Part shown: positions 9,240 to 21,459 of the stretch, piece after piece
Layout: every line of letters begins with the position of its first letter
Numbering within the stretch: position 1 is the first letter of the stretch
Assembly: GCA_963707915.1 (NCBI GenBank)
Contig: OY970178.1
Coordinates: 160,001 to 224,000 of the forward strand
Direction of reading: 5' to 3'
Length of the DNA stretch: 64,000 bases
Source: Candidatus Eiseniibacteriota bacterium
GTDB lineage: Bacteria; Eisenbacteria; RBG-16-71-46
Notes under the pieces: model-generated
The model's database searches: none
Seen by the model: only the letters and a program-made list of their open reading frames with translations
Told to the model about the DNA's origin: nothing
Position numbers and translations under genes: made by a program

Positions 9240-9518
9240 CTAGCGCACGGCCAGCTCTGCTTCGTCTACGCACGCCAGCAGCGCGTTCGCCGCATGCACG
9301 TCGCCGGGGCGTCCGTCCGTGACGGCCTCGATCACCGGCTCAAGCTTCTCGCTGAACGCGAGGGCGCTTGTCGAACAGGTGCGCTGAGCAGCGGAGGCTC
9401 CGGAGACACCACCAGAGGCCGATCCCAGCGCGGCCAGACAGGCCACCACGACCAGTGGGGCGGTGGTCGCATCGCGGCACGCAGATCGCGGTCGCAAAGT
9501 GCGGGGCGCGGCGCTCAT
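9240..9518 (-). CDS. Short hypothetical ORF or gene remnant
   Basis: GAGGAG RBS and a signal-like hydrophobic stretch. No recognised family. Confidence 0.3.
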   Translation of the reverse strand: MSAAPRTLRPRSACRDATTAPLVVVACLAALGSASGGVSGASAAQRTCSTSALAFSEKLEPVIEAVTDGRPGDVHAANALLACVDEAELAVR

Positions 9519-9795
9519 TCATTGCTCCTCAGGACTCGACGGACGGCCCGGCGTGCACAGCCACGGCATGCTCAGTGTCGTAGCTGACACGAAGCGAGCA
9601 GTTGTGTCAATGCGCAGCATGAAGGCGGCCTCCCGGTGCGCCGACCGCTTCAGCCCCGCCGATCCGGGGTGGCCGGCGATCTTCTCTGCGCTGCCCGCGG
9701 GTCGAGCTGCGGGACGTGGCCCACCCTCGACGGTGAATCGGGCGACCCGGATGTTTCGGTCAAGCAACCTGCCTCGACCGCTATCCGGTCGCTTG

Positions 9796-9958
9796 GCCCA
9801 GGGCGGCCATACGCGTTCGATGCGCGGACTTCAACGGCCCCTTTCACGCCCGGCGGATCAGGGGCCACCCGCCGACCTCCCCATCGGACCTTGTGGGGGG
9901 CTCGGGTAGGTTTCCGATCGCCCTTGACGCGCCGGTTCGAATCCGGGTACCGCCTCCA
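9796..9958 (+). repeat. Repeat copy 2: conserved arm plus tRNA-Cys 3' end (att-like)
   Basis: Ends CCGGTTCGAATCCGGGTACCGCCTCCA (9932-9958). Shares CACGCCCGGCG, CGGACCTTGTGG and GCCCTTGACGCG with copy 1. Confidence 0.85.
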
Positions 9959-10454
9959 GATTCGCTCCCGGCCCGCCGCTGCGACGACCTCTGATTCCGG
10001 TAATCGCCCGGGCATGCGATGTCGGGCCTGGGAGTCGGCGTTCCCACGCCCTGTCCCCGACGGGTTCCGTGGTGGGTCCGCCACCGCCTCCGGGCGACGC
10101 CGGCAGCGGGAACCACCGCTGCCGTACCGCCTTCCCGGAGTCTGCCCACTCCACGTGTGCGATGGCTCGTTCTCCTTGCGATGGTGCGAACCCTCGCAGA
10201 CGATGCGATCGGCGCCGGCGACGTCTCCGTCGCCCGCCTTTCGGGTGCCGCCGTTCCGAGGGGCCCGGTGGCTCGCAGGGCCGGGTGTCAGAGCGGCGAC
10301 AACCCCAATGTGCCCCGGCAAGCGAAGATCACGAGCACTTGAGTTCGGTATGTGGTTCGACGCAGGGGAGCCCGCGGGGAGTCGTCATGGTGGGAGCCGC
10401 CGATCCACCGCGCCCATCTGCGCTGGTCGGCTCGCGCCGGTTCCGCCGCCAGGC

Positions 10455-13400
10455 TCACCGTCGCGAGCGCGACGCTCGCTTGCCGGCCCCGGCGGGGACC
10501 GATGCGCCCAACACCACGCGCACGCGGTGCACCGCGCCATCGTCGGCCAGCGGGATCGCGCCGGCGTCGATCACCGCGCCATCCATCAGCGCCTCCGCGA
10601 CGCCGCGATTGCAGTGCCCGGGATTCTCCACCGTGATCTCGTAGAGGCTCCGCCCATATCGCCAGCGCACGACGAAGCCGTCCCACGTCGCGGGTATGCA
10701 GGGCGCGATCGCCAGGTGCTGACCCCGGCGCCTGAGCCCGAGGATCGACTCGAGACCGAGCCGGTACATCCACGCCGCCGAGCCGGTGTACCAGGTCCAG
10801 CCGCCGCGGCCGATGTGCGATGGGTGCGTGTAGACGTCGGCCGCCACCACGAAGGGTTCCGCCTTGTAGCGCTCGACTTCGGCGCGTGAGCGGGTGTGGT
10901 TGATCGGATTCAGCATGTGGAACAGTTCGACCGCCTCGTCGCCGTTGCCGAGATGCGCGAACGCCATCACCGTCCAGAGCGCGGCATGGGTGTACTGGCC
11001 GCCGTTCTCCCGCACGCCCGGCAGGTAGCCCTTGATGTAGCCGGGTTCGAGCGCGGACTGGTCGAAGGGCGGGGCGAGCAGCTGGATCACGCCCGCGTCG
11101 CGCCGTACCAGTTGCATCCGCACGGCGTCCATGGCGCGCTCGGCCCGCTGCGGCGCAGCGGCGCCGGAGAGCACGGCCCAGCTCTGCGAGATCGAATCGA
11201 TCCGGCACTCCGGGAGCTGTGCGGAGCCCAGCGGGGTGCCGTCGTCGAAGTAGGCGCGGCGATACCAGTCGCCGTCCCACGCCTGCTCGAGCACCGTGCC
11301 GAGCCGCTCGCGTTCCCCACGCCACCGGGCGGCGCGTTCAAGATCGCCGCGCACTTCGACGATCGTTGCGAAGTCGCCCAGGATCTTCGAGAGGAACCAG
11401 CCGAGCCACACGCTCTCGCCGCGGCCCTGGTGTCCGACGCGGTTCATGCCGTCGTTCCAGTCGCCCGTGCCGATCAGCGGCAGGCCGTGCGAGCCGACGG
11501 TCAGGCCGCGCTCGATGGCGCGCACGCAGTGCTCGTAGAGCGTGCCGCTCAGCCCCGACACCCCGGGCTGCCCGTAGCTCTCCAGCTCCGTCCGGCCGGA
11601 GCGCGGGGGCTTCGAGGAAGGCCACGGGCACGTCGAGCACCGCCTGATCGCCGGTGCAACGCAGGTAGTGGGCGACGGCATAGGGAAGCCACAGCAGGTC
11701 GTCGGAGCAACGGCTCCGCACGCCGCGACCCGAGGGCTCGTGCCACCAGTGCTGCACGTCACCCTCGGCGAACTGATGCGCGGCGGCGCGCAGCAGGTGC
11801 TGGCGGAACAGGTCCGGCCGCGCGAACGCGAGCGCCATCACGTCCTGCAGCTGGTCGCGGAAGCCGTAGGCGCCGCCGGGCTGGAAGAAGCCGGTGCGGC
11901 CCCACAGGCGCGAGCTCACCGTCTGGTAGAGCAGCCAGCGATTCATGATCAGGTCGAACGAGTCGTCCGGGGTCTCGACCTGCACGGCGCCGAGCAGGTC
12001 GTCCCAGCGCTGTTCGACCTCTTCCAGCGCCGCGCGCGCAGCCGCGACGCTGGCGAAGCGGCGCGCCAGTTCCAGCGCGTGCTCGCGGTCGTTCCCCTGC
12101 CCGAGCAGCAGGACCACTTCGCGCGTCTCGCCAGGCTCGAGATCCACGCTGAGCTGCAGCGCCGCGCACGGGTCGAGGCCCGCGCCGAAGTGATGCGACA
12201 GCGCCTCGCGGGCCAGCGCCGCGGGGCGGCGCAGCGAGCCGTTCCGGCCGAGGAACTCGATCCGGTCGCCGGTCGCGGACCGGGGACGCTGGCTTGCGTG
12301 CGCGAATGCGACGCGCCCGGCGAAGTCCGGGTTGTACGGGTTGTGCGCCAGGACCGCGCCGGTCTTCGAGTCCTGTTCGGTGATCACGAAGCGCTGCTCG
12401 CCGGCGCGCGGCGGGCACAGCGCCCACTCGTTGTAGGCGAAGACGCTGAGACGCCGTGGCCGGGCCGTGTGATTGCTGAGCGTGAGCAGCGAGAGCCGGA
12501 TCGGCTCCTGGGCGTGAACGAAGACCGCGAGCTCGCAGACGACGCCGTGGTCGCCGTGACGGAAGCGGGTCACGCCGGCACCGTGGCGGATCACCCAGCG
12601 GCCACCGTCGGGCGGCCGCGGCAGCGGGCCCGGCGTGGCGCCCCAGGTCTCGCCGTCCTCCTCGTCGCGCAGGTAGAGGGCCTCGCCGCTGAACTCGCTC
12701 ACCGGGTCGTTGCCGAACGGGGTCAGGCGGTTCTCGCGGCTGTTCCCGGCCCAGGTCCAGGCGGCGCCGGTGGCCCCGATCACCGTGCCGAAGCGCTCGT
12801 TCGCGATCACGTTCACCCAGGGCAGCGGCGTGTCCTCGTCGCCGTTCAGCACGATCGCGTATTCGCGCCCGCCGGCGGTGAAGCCCCCGAGGTCGTTGGT
12901 GTGATCGAGCGGCGGCGCCTCGACCTCCGGACCACGGTCCCGCACGATCGCTGCCCCAGGCCTCGGGTGCGTGGTCAGTGCGCGAGGCCAGCGGGGCTCG
13001 GGGAAGGGCAGCTCGAGCTGGTCGGCGAGCCCGCCGCGCTCACCGCTGAGCAGCGCGTGCGCGGCCGCCAGCAGCAGCCTGCGCTCGGCTTCAGGCATGC
13101 CGTCGCCACGCAGCAGGAACACGCCGCCGGGGCGGTGCTTCCAGGCCGCCCAGGGGCCGCTCTCGAGCAGGCCCTGGAGTTGCTCGTGCATCTCGTCGAG
13201 GTAGCTGGCCGGATGCTCGTTCAGGATCACGACCTCGGCGTCGAGGCCCATGAGCCGCCAGTACTCCTGCGCGCGCAGCACCTGGCGCACCAGCGACAGG
13301 TCGTTCTCCTCGACCACCCGCACGATCAGGATGGGCAGGTCGCCGGAGACGCCGTGGGACCAGAGACCGGGCTGGCCGAGCGTGTTGCCCTGCGAGGAAC

Positions 13401-16400
13401 TCGGGCGCGGCGCGCAGGGAAGCGTCGGTCCAGAGCACGTGCGAGGCGAGTTGCTCGTAGAGCCGGGCCTCGTCGGTCGAGATGCCGAGGTGGCGCAGCC
13501 GCATCTGCGTCTGGGTCGTGGCGAGGGCGAACGTGCGGGCAGCCGAAGCGGGATCGTCGTACTTCTCGGCAAGCGCGATCGCCGCGGCCCGGCTCGTCGC
13601 CACGCCGGTCGCGAAGGCGAGGCGCACCTGCCCGCCGGGGGCGATGCGCACGCGCCGCCGCAGGCTCAGGACCGGGTCCAGCACCGCACCGGTGGTGCCC
13701 GAGAGCGCCCGGCCATCGAGGGCGACGGGGTCCTCCGGCGTGCGTCCGCGGCCGAGAAAGCGCACGCGGTCGGTCTCCCACTCGATCGCGCCGTAGACGC
13801 CGCCCTCGGCGCTCAGCACGTGCACGGCCCAGAGCACGGGCTCGTCGGGCGAGCGTGGGCGGCGTCCGCAGAGCAGGGCCGAGCACTCGGGGCGGTACTC
13901 GGTCTCGAGGAACAGCTTCAGGAACGCCGGGTGGGCGAGGTCGTCGGCGGGCGGCGCGAGCACGATCTCGACCAGGCTCGTCACCTCGATCTCGCGCAGG
14001 CGGTCGCTGCGGTTGACCAGCGAGACGCGGCGCACCTCGACGTCGTCCTCGGGGGACACGGTGATCTCGAGGCGTGTCTCGATGCCATCGTCCGTGCGAT
14101 CGAACACGGCCTCGTCGGCGCGGAAGTTCACGAGGTAGCGTTCGGGTTCGCAGCAGACGGGCTGGTAGGCGGCCGACCAGAGCCGGCCGCTGCGCACGTC
14201 GCGCAGGTAGATGGACTGGCTGCCCGTGTCGCTGGCCGGGTCGTCGCGCCGGCGCGTGACCGCACGGCCGCGCCAGCTGCTGGTGCCGCCGCCGGCGTTG
14301 GTGACGACGGTCGTGTACTGGCCGTTCGAGAGGAAGTGGGCGCTCGGGAAGCGGGTGTGCGGAGAGCGGAAGCGCCGCGGCGAGACGTCCAGGGGCAGCG
14401 CCTCCGCCCGCGTCGACTCGGCTGGGCGCGGCTGGGTGACGGGCACGAAGCGCGGCACGCGCTCCTGCAGCAGCGGCTCCGTGGCCTGCACGCGCGGATC
14501 GGAGTGGAAGCGCCGCACCATCGGTGCTTCGAGCACGGCGTTCGCGAGCGCGACCAGGCTCATGCCCTGGTGGTGGGCGAAGAACGCGCGCACGATGTGG
14601 ACCCGCGCCGGGTCGGGTGCAGGCTCGCCGTTGGCGCCGAAGGTCCTGCGCGGCGTGTAGTCGAGCGCTTCGTCGAAGCCGAAGCGCCCCGCCGCGCCTT
14701 CGCGAGCCAGGCGGCGGAAGTTCGCGGCGGCGCCCGCCGGATCGACCATGGCCGCCAGCGCGGTGGCGTAGGGCGCGATCACCAGGTCCTCGGCGAGCCC
14801 GCGCTTGAGTCCCAGGCCGGGGACGCCGAAAGCCTTGTACTGATGGTCGCCGTGCGGGTCCACCACGTTGAACGCCGACTCCGAGATCCCCCACGGCACG
14901 CCGTGGCGCCGGCCGTAGAGGATCTGCGCGCGCACCACCGCCTGGCAGGTGTTCTCAAGCAGCGTCTCGGGGTGGCTGCGCAGCACCAGCAGCGGCATCA
15001 GGTATTCGAACATCGAGCCGCTCCACGACACCAGGGTGGCGCGGCCCTCGACGCTCACCAGGGCGCGCGAGAGCCGGAACCAGTGCTCCTGCGGCACCTC
15101 GCCCCGGGCGATGGCGATGAAGCTGGCGAGCCGGGACTCCGACGCCAGCAGATCGTAGTACGAGGTGTCGAGGCGGCCCGGCCCCTCGGCGTCGGCGAGC
15201 CGGAAGCCGATCGAGAAGATCCCGCCCTGCCGGTCGTAGAGGAACTTCCAGTCCATGGCGTCGGCGAAGGCATCGCAGCGGACGGGCGAGGTCGCGAAGG
15301 CGGGCGCGCAGGCTGTCGGGCGGTGCGGTGGTCGTCGTCCACCGGCGTAGCGCGTCGAACAGCGCCCGGTCCCAGTCGCCGATCTCGTCGGCCTCGGGCC
15401 CGGCAGAGGCCTCCGTCGCGACCCGCTTCAGCATCGCGCGCAGCACGTCGGTATCGGGTAGCGCGTCGCCGGGCTCGTCGCGCGCGGGCTCCGGGCCGGC
15501 CAGCGCCGCGCGCAGTGGGGCCAGTTCGCGGAAGGCGGCGCGGCAGTGCTGATGCAGGGGCGCCGCAGCATGCGAGCGGCGGGTCAGGGCCGCCAGCGAG
15601 TCCGCGAGCACGCCCGCGGCGTCGAGGGCGCCGGCCCACAGCCGGTGTGATTCCTCCGGCTCCTCGGCGATCTGGCGCAGCCCGGCCGCCAGCGCCATCA
15701 GGGCGCCCGCCAGGTTGCCGCTGTCCACGGTCGAGACGTAGCGCGGGGCGAGCGGCGCCAGGTTGATCGTGTCGTACCAGTTGAGCAGGTGGCCCTGGTA
15801 GCGCTCGAGTGACTCGATGGTGGTGAGCGTGTCGTCGATCCGGTCCGCGAGTTCATCGGTGCGCAGGTAGCCCAGGTCGTGCGCGGCAAGCGTGGAGAGC
15901 AGTCCCATGCCGACGTTGGTCGGGAGAGCTGCGGTGGGCGATGCGCAGTTCCGGCACCTCCTGGACGTTGTCGGGGGGCAGCCAGTGGTCCTGTCCGGTC
16001 ACGAAGCGCTCGAAGTAGTGCCAGGTCCGGCGTGCGACGCGACGCAACTGCCCGGCGTCCTCGGTGCTGAGCGCGAGGCGCCGGGCACGACGGGGCGGCT
16101 CAGCCACCAGGCGACCGCCGGCGAGGCCAGCCAGGCGGCGAGGAAGGGCAGCGCCACGGGCAGCGCGGTGGCGCGGAGCGGCAGCACGCCCAGCAGCACG
16201 ACCAGCGTGGCCGCGGGGCCCGCCCACATCTCGGCGACGAAGACCCGCAACCCCCGGCGCGAGAGCAGCCGGGCGGCGCGCACCGCACCCGCTGCTGCGG
16301 TCTCCCATTCGAGCAGGCGCCGCTGCGTGATCACCATCCGCACCAGGGTGAGGACGATGGCGTGGAGCATCTCGTAGGCGTGGTAGGCGAGGAGCGCGAT

Positions 16401-19083
16401 CTCGAGCAGCACCTGGACGAGCGCGGTCTCGAGCTCCGCCCAGACGTCGCGCAGGAACACGCCGAGCGGCTGCTGTGGGCGCGGGCCCCGTGCGAAGTGG
16501 ACGACCGGCGGGATCAGCGGGAAGCCGAGCACCGCCAGCGCTGCCGAGCGTCCAGCCGAGCGGCGAGCCAGGCAGCCAGGTCCACGCCGACACGAGCAGC
16601 GCCACCAGCGCGGGCGCCACGAGGCTGCGGCGCAGGTTGTCGAGGATCTTCCAGCGGCTGATGAGCGGCAGCCGGCTGCGCTCGAGTCCGCGGCGGGCCG
16701 GCACCAGCGGCAGCAGCCACAGCAGGATCTGCCAGTCGCCCCGCACCCAGCGATGCTGGCGCCGCGCGTGGGCGAGCACGCTCGAAGGGAAGTCGTCCAC
16801 CACTTCGACGTCCGAGACCAGCGCACAGCGCGCGTGCAGGCCCTCGAAGAGGTCGTGCGAGAGCATCGCGTTCTCCGGTACGCGTCCCTCGAGAGCGGCG
16901 GCGAAGGCCTCGACGTCGTAGAGCCCCTTGCCGGTGAAGCTGCCCTCGCCGAAGAGGTCCTGGTAGGTGTCGGACACCGCCGTGGTGTACGGGTCCACGC
17001 CGGTGTGCCCGGCGTAGACGCGCGCGAACAGCGATCCCGCGGCGCTTGCCAGGGTCACGCTGATCCGCGGCTGGAGGATGCCGTAGCCCTCGACGACCCG
17101 CCGGAGCTTGGGGTCAAGACGCGGGCGGTTGAGCGGATGCTCGATCACGCCGATCAGCTGCCGCGCCACATCGCGCGGCAGACGGGTGTCGCTGTCGAGC
17201 GTGATGCAGTAGCGGACCTGCGGCAGGATCGCGGGCTCGCCGATCTGCACGACGAAGCTGCTGTCCGTGGCGCCCCGCAGGAGCCGGTTGAACTCCTCGA
17301 TCTTGCCGCGCTTGCGCTCCCAGCCCATCCACACGTTCTCGCTCGCGTTCCAGCGGCGCGCGCGGTGGAAGAGGTAGAAGCGGTCCGCGGTCTCCGGGGC
17401 GTAGCGCGTGTTGAGGGCGTGGATCCCCGCGATCGCCGCCTCGAGTGCCTCGTTCTCGCCCGGGAGTTGCTCGGCGGCCGCGTCCGGGAAGTCGGTGAGC
17501 AGCGCGAAGTGGATGCGCGGATCCATGTTCCCGAGCGCATGCACCTCGAGGCGTTCGACCAGCGCCCGCGCGCCCTCGACCGACGAGAGGATGGTCGGCA
17601 CGATCACCATCGTGCGCGCCGTCTCGGGCACTCCGCCGCGCAGGTCGAGTCGCGGCAGGGGCCGCGGCCTGACGACGCGGTGGACGATGCGCTGCACGAG
17701 CGCCACCGCGAGATCGCTGGCGGGGATGAGCGCGACCAGGCCCACCCAGGCCCATATCCAGGGCGGCGCCTGCTGCGTCCGCGCGACGGCGACCGCGAGC
17801 GCGACCGCGAGCGCCGAGAGCAGGGAGACCGAGCCGAGGTAGAAGAGCGTGGCGTGGGCGAAGATCCCGCGCCTCAGGCGTTGCCTGAGGTTCGGGTGGT
17901 GAGCCACGTCGATCTCGAGGTCGCGCCGGCCGTGCCCGATCAGGTGGTGTCCGACGTGGGCGGCGCTGGAATCGAGCCCCCGTGTCTCCGCCGCCTGGCG
18001 CGCGCTCTCGATGGCGCGGAGGGCGACCCGCACCTGGGCCTCGCCGGTCGGCTCGGCCAGTTCCTCGACCGCGTGCCGGTAGCGGTCGCGGCTGGCGAAA
18101 TCCATGCGGACGTAGATCCCGGGCGGGTCGCGCTGCAGGACCTGCTCGATCCGGCTGACGCGCTCGACGTACCGGTTCCAGTCGAGTGTGGCACACAGCC
18201 GCAGGCTGGTGATGGAGTTCTCCATCGACACGTGATTCATCGCCTGGCGCTGGTGCTCGGCGCGCACCGCGTCCTCGACCGTGGCGCCGGCGGCGGCCAG
18301 GCGCTCCTCGAGTTGCTTCCGCAGTTCGGCGGTCCCGGCGCCGTACTCGCGCATGCGCTGGAGCAGCTGGTCCACGAACGCGACGTGGAAGACGGCGATC
18401 AGGGGCGGCAGGCGGCCGCCCGCGGGCGCACTCTCGAAGCCGCTGAAGTGGCGATCGGCCCCGAGGCGCCCGTCGCGACTCTCGAGCAGCTCCTCGGAGA
18501 GCCGGCGGACGTGCTCGATCAGCGCGAGCTTGAGCATGCTGGGCCACGCCCACAGCTCGCCGATGCTGAGCGGTGCCACGGTCTGGTAGGCGTTCATGAA
18601 GCGGACCAGCCGCTCGAGATCGAGCCGCGCGTCGCTGTAGCGCAGCAGTTCCACGGCCATCGCGTAGACACGCGCCGTGCCGGAGAGCTCGCGGGTGGCC
18701 AGCTTCGGGAGCTCGAGGTAGTAGCGCGTCGGCAGGTGGCGGCGGATCTCGCGGAGCTCGCCCTCCACCAGATGGAAGTTGTCGAGCAGCCATTCGGCGG
18801 CGGGCCCCACGCCTTCGCCACGCCGCACGTCACCGGCGAGCAGGCGATACGCCTGGCGGAGTACGCGGGCGTCGTCCGTGAGGCGGCGCAGCAGCCGGTG
18901 GGGGCCGCGCCGGGGGTGTCGCGAGAGCGTGAAGCCCGCGGCAAGGACCCGGGCACGCTCCTCCAGGCGCTCGACGCCGAGGAGTTCGCCGTGCAGCGGG
19001 CTGGAATCGAGACCGATCGGCCGCAGAGGGGAGCTGCCCGGCTGAGGAGCGGCGCGGAACGGCGTGAGGAGGGTGCTTGCCAA
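10455..19083 (-). pseudogene. Cyclic beta-1,2-glucan synthase-like (Cgs/NdvB; GT84 plus GH94) gene with six frameshifts (pseudogene or assembly indels)
   Basis: [104 protein letters not shown] and GWTWYTGSA occur in order across shifting frames. Start approximate (TTG). Confidence 0.9.
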
Positions 19084-19297
19084 CAGCCTGCCGTCCTTCC
19101 GGAATGGACCGCGGAGGGCCCGCAGCCCCGATCGAGGCCAACCCAGGCATAGTAGCAGGGAAGGGTTCGGCGAGCCCTTGAGGGATGGGGGGCTCGTCCC
19201 GGGCGAGGGGCCAGGCGCCTCAGCGGCCGCAACGCCACGATTCACCGGGCGATCCTGGGGCGATCCAGCCGCGCCGGCGAACCAGGTGTTGGATCGT

Positions 19298-19433
19298 CTG
19301 CGGTCTCCAACCGCTCCAGCACGCTGGGAGGGTCAAGGGCCATTCATCCACGCTTCCCGACGGGCCCGGTGGCAGGTCTTGACAACCTTCCGATTGCCGG
19401 CTGCACGCCGGTTCGAACCCGGGTGCCGCCTCC
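19298..19433 (+). repeat. Repeat copy 3 (most diverged): arm plus tRNA-Cys 3' end
   Basis: CCGGTTCGAACCCGGGTGCCGCCTCC (19408-19433), preceded by TTCCGATTGCC, GGTCAAGGGCCA and GCGGTCTCCAAC, which match blocks in copies 1 and 2. Confidence 0.75.
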
Positions 19434-19928
19434 GACACCAGCTGATCGGCACTGGCCAAAGGGACCTCGGCGCCCAGCACGCGGTGATGTCGGAGCCCTC
19501 GACCAAGGCGGCGGAGCTCCGCGTCCTTCGGTGGGCAGCAGCCCAGGCTCGGTCACACGGCCCGGCTTGCGCCCCACGTCCTGCCGGTCGCGGATTCGAA
19601 CAAGATTCGGGAGCCCGGGCGCGAGATCCTCCGGCTCAAGCTGCGCACCGAGCCCCGATCCGCTGCGCGCAGGCGCCCTCGGCGCCGGAACGACTCCCGC
19701 GCTGGACCGATGCGCCCGGTCCCGGCGCGCACCCTCGAAGGTGGCTTCGGTCCCACTGAAGCGTTCCGAACGGCATCGGGCCCATGCCGTGCGGTCCCAG
19801 TCCCGCTCCACGCTCGTCCCGCAGCGATGCCGCGGCCCGGTGCCGGTCGGGCGCGGTGATTGTGGGGTTCGGTTCCGCGCATCGCAGCATCCAAGTGTTC
19901 GGGCTCCGCGGTCGGAGAAGGAGGACGC

Positions 19929-21056
19929 GTGGAAGGACCGGTGGTGCTGCTTGCGCTCCTGCTCGCCGCGGCGGGCCCGGCTGCCCCGGCGACTCCGCGA
20001 CCCAGCGGGAGCCTGCGGGAGGCCGAGGCGCACTACGCCAGGGCCCTGAGCTGTTTCGAACGCAACACCCTCGACTACCGCCTCGAGGGCCGGCGCGAGC
20101 TCGAAGAGGCCGTGCGCCTGGCACCGGCGAACACGAACTACCGGCTGGCACTGGCGGATCTTCGGTTCGCCGGCGGCTCGTACGACGCTGCGCGCCGGGG
20201 CTACGAACGGGCGGCGGTCTCCGATTCCGCCGACGCCTACCTCGGCCTGGGCCTGCTGTGGCGGCACGACTGGCTGGCCTCGGGGGACCCGAGATCGCTC
20301 GACCGGGCCGAAGACGCGGTCATGACCGCCGCGTGGCTCATGCCGACCCGGACCGACGCCTGGCTCCTGCTCGTGCCGCTGTACCTCGCGCAGGGCCGGG
20401 GCACGGAGGCCGCGTCGTCCGCCTTCAGCGCCCTGGAATCCGACCCGGGACGCCTGGAGGCGCACCTGGCGGTCGCTGCGACGCTCTGCCACCTCGGTGT
20501 GGTGGGCGTGGGGGACAGCATCTTCCGGGCGGCCATCCCGCGCCTGCCGCCCGAGCTGCGCGCGGCTTACGAGCGCGCGGCGCCTATCCCTCCGGATGCC
20601 CAGCCGCTGGCTGTCGCGGCGCCCATCGCGGGCGCGAAACCGGGCGCAAGCGCGCTGGTGCTGGCCCCCGCGGACGAGTACCGGCTGTGGGCCTGGTCGC
20701 GGCTCACCGAGGAGGCGACCCTGATCCCCGCAGGGGTGAGTTCCGGCGCGGCGGCGGGCGCGGAGAGCCAGCGCTCGAACGGGGGACGCCGTTTCGGTTG
20801 GAGCCGCAGCGGCCCCGCTGTGGAACGCTCCCCGGATGCCCCTTGGGAGAGTCCCGACCTGGGCATCCGCATGGAGATCCAGGACCGATTGCTGGTCATG
20901 CGCCCCGCCCTGTCCGAATCACGGACCCGCGATGGCGCCGCCCCGCCGGCCGCCGCCCTGGCCGCCCTGTACGCCAGGATCCTGGCTGCCCTGGACGGAG
21001 CGCGGCCGGACGGAGGTCATCCGCCGGCCGGCGCTCCGAAGGGGAACTGGAAGTGA
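19929..21056 (+). CDS. Exported tetratricopeptide-repeat protein
   Basis: AAGGAGG RBS and GTG, signal peptide, TPR helices (LEEAVRLAPAN, AYLGLGLL, ALESDPGRLEAHLAVA). C-terminal half looks low-complexity. Confidence 0.65.
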   Translation: MEGPVVLLALLLAAAGPAAPATPRPSGSLREAEAHYARALSCFERNTLDYRLEGRRELEEAVRLAPANTNYRLALADLRFAGGSYDAARRGYERAAVSDSADAYLGLGLLWRHDWLASGDPRSLDRAEDAVMTAAWLMPTRTDAWLLLVPLYLAQGRGTEAASSAFSALESDPGRLEAHLAVAATLCHLGVVGVGDSIFRAAIPRLPPELRAAYERAAPIPPDAQPLAVAAPIAGAKPGASALVLAPADEYRLWAWSRLTEEATLIPAGVSSGAAAGAESQRSNGGRRFGWSRSGPAVERSPDAPWESPDLGIRMEIQDRLLVMRPALSESRTRDGAAPPAAALAALYARILAALDGARPDGGHPPAGAPKGNWK

Positions 21057-21099
21057 CCCTCGGTCAGCCACGCTCGCGCGGAGCGGGACAGCCGCCGCC

Positions 21100-21459
21100 C
21101 TAGTGCTTGGTGGCGTAGTTGCCGGCCGCGTACCAGTCCACCAGCACGGCCGGTTCGCTGCCGACGACCCAAGCGTCGTGCCCGGCGGGCAGATGGGATA
21201 CGGAACCCGCCTCGAGGTCGAACTCACGCCCGTCCTTCATGACGACGTGGAGCGTCCCCGAGACGACGTACTGGAAGTGCGGGGCCTCGCACCACTCGGT
21301 GCCGGCGATCGGCTTGACGTCGGCCGACCAGCGCCAGCCGGGCTCGAGAACGAGGCGGCCGACCGGGCCGCGCTCCATCTTCAGCAACTCCACCCGGCCA
21401 TGGGGGAACTTCCGGGTCTCGTCGGCCTTTCCGAATTCCTTCCACTCCACGTGTGCCAT
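21100..21459 (-). CDS. Cupin domain protein
   Basis: LEPGWRWS...CEAPHFQYVVSG...LPAGHDAWVVG. Confidence 0.88.
   Translation of the reverse strand: MAHVEWKEFGKADETRKFPHGRVELLKMERGPVGRLVLEPGWRWSADVKPIAGTEWCEAPHFQYVVSGTLHVVMKDGREFDLEAGSVSHLPAGHDAWVVGSEPAVLVDWYAAGNYATKH

Noticed and set aside
7937..10321. Similar peptides WRR(H/Y)PDSNRRVKG in two minus-strand ORFs
   Set aside because: They are the antisense translation of the tRNA-derived repeat, not a protein family.
7889..19433. CRISPR array or classical integron attC array
   Set aside because: Repeats are long, diverged and kilobases apart. No cas or intI gene, and no RYYYAAC...GTTRRRY palindromic structure was seen.
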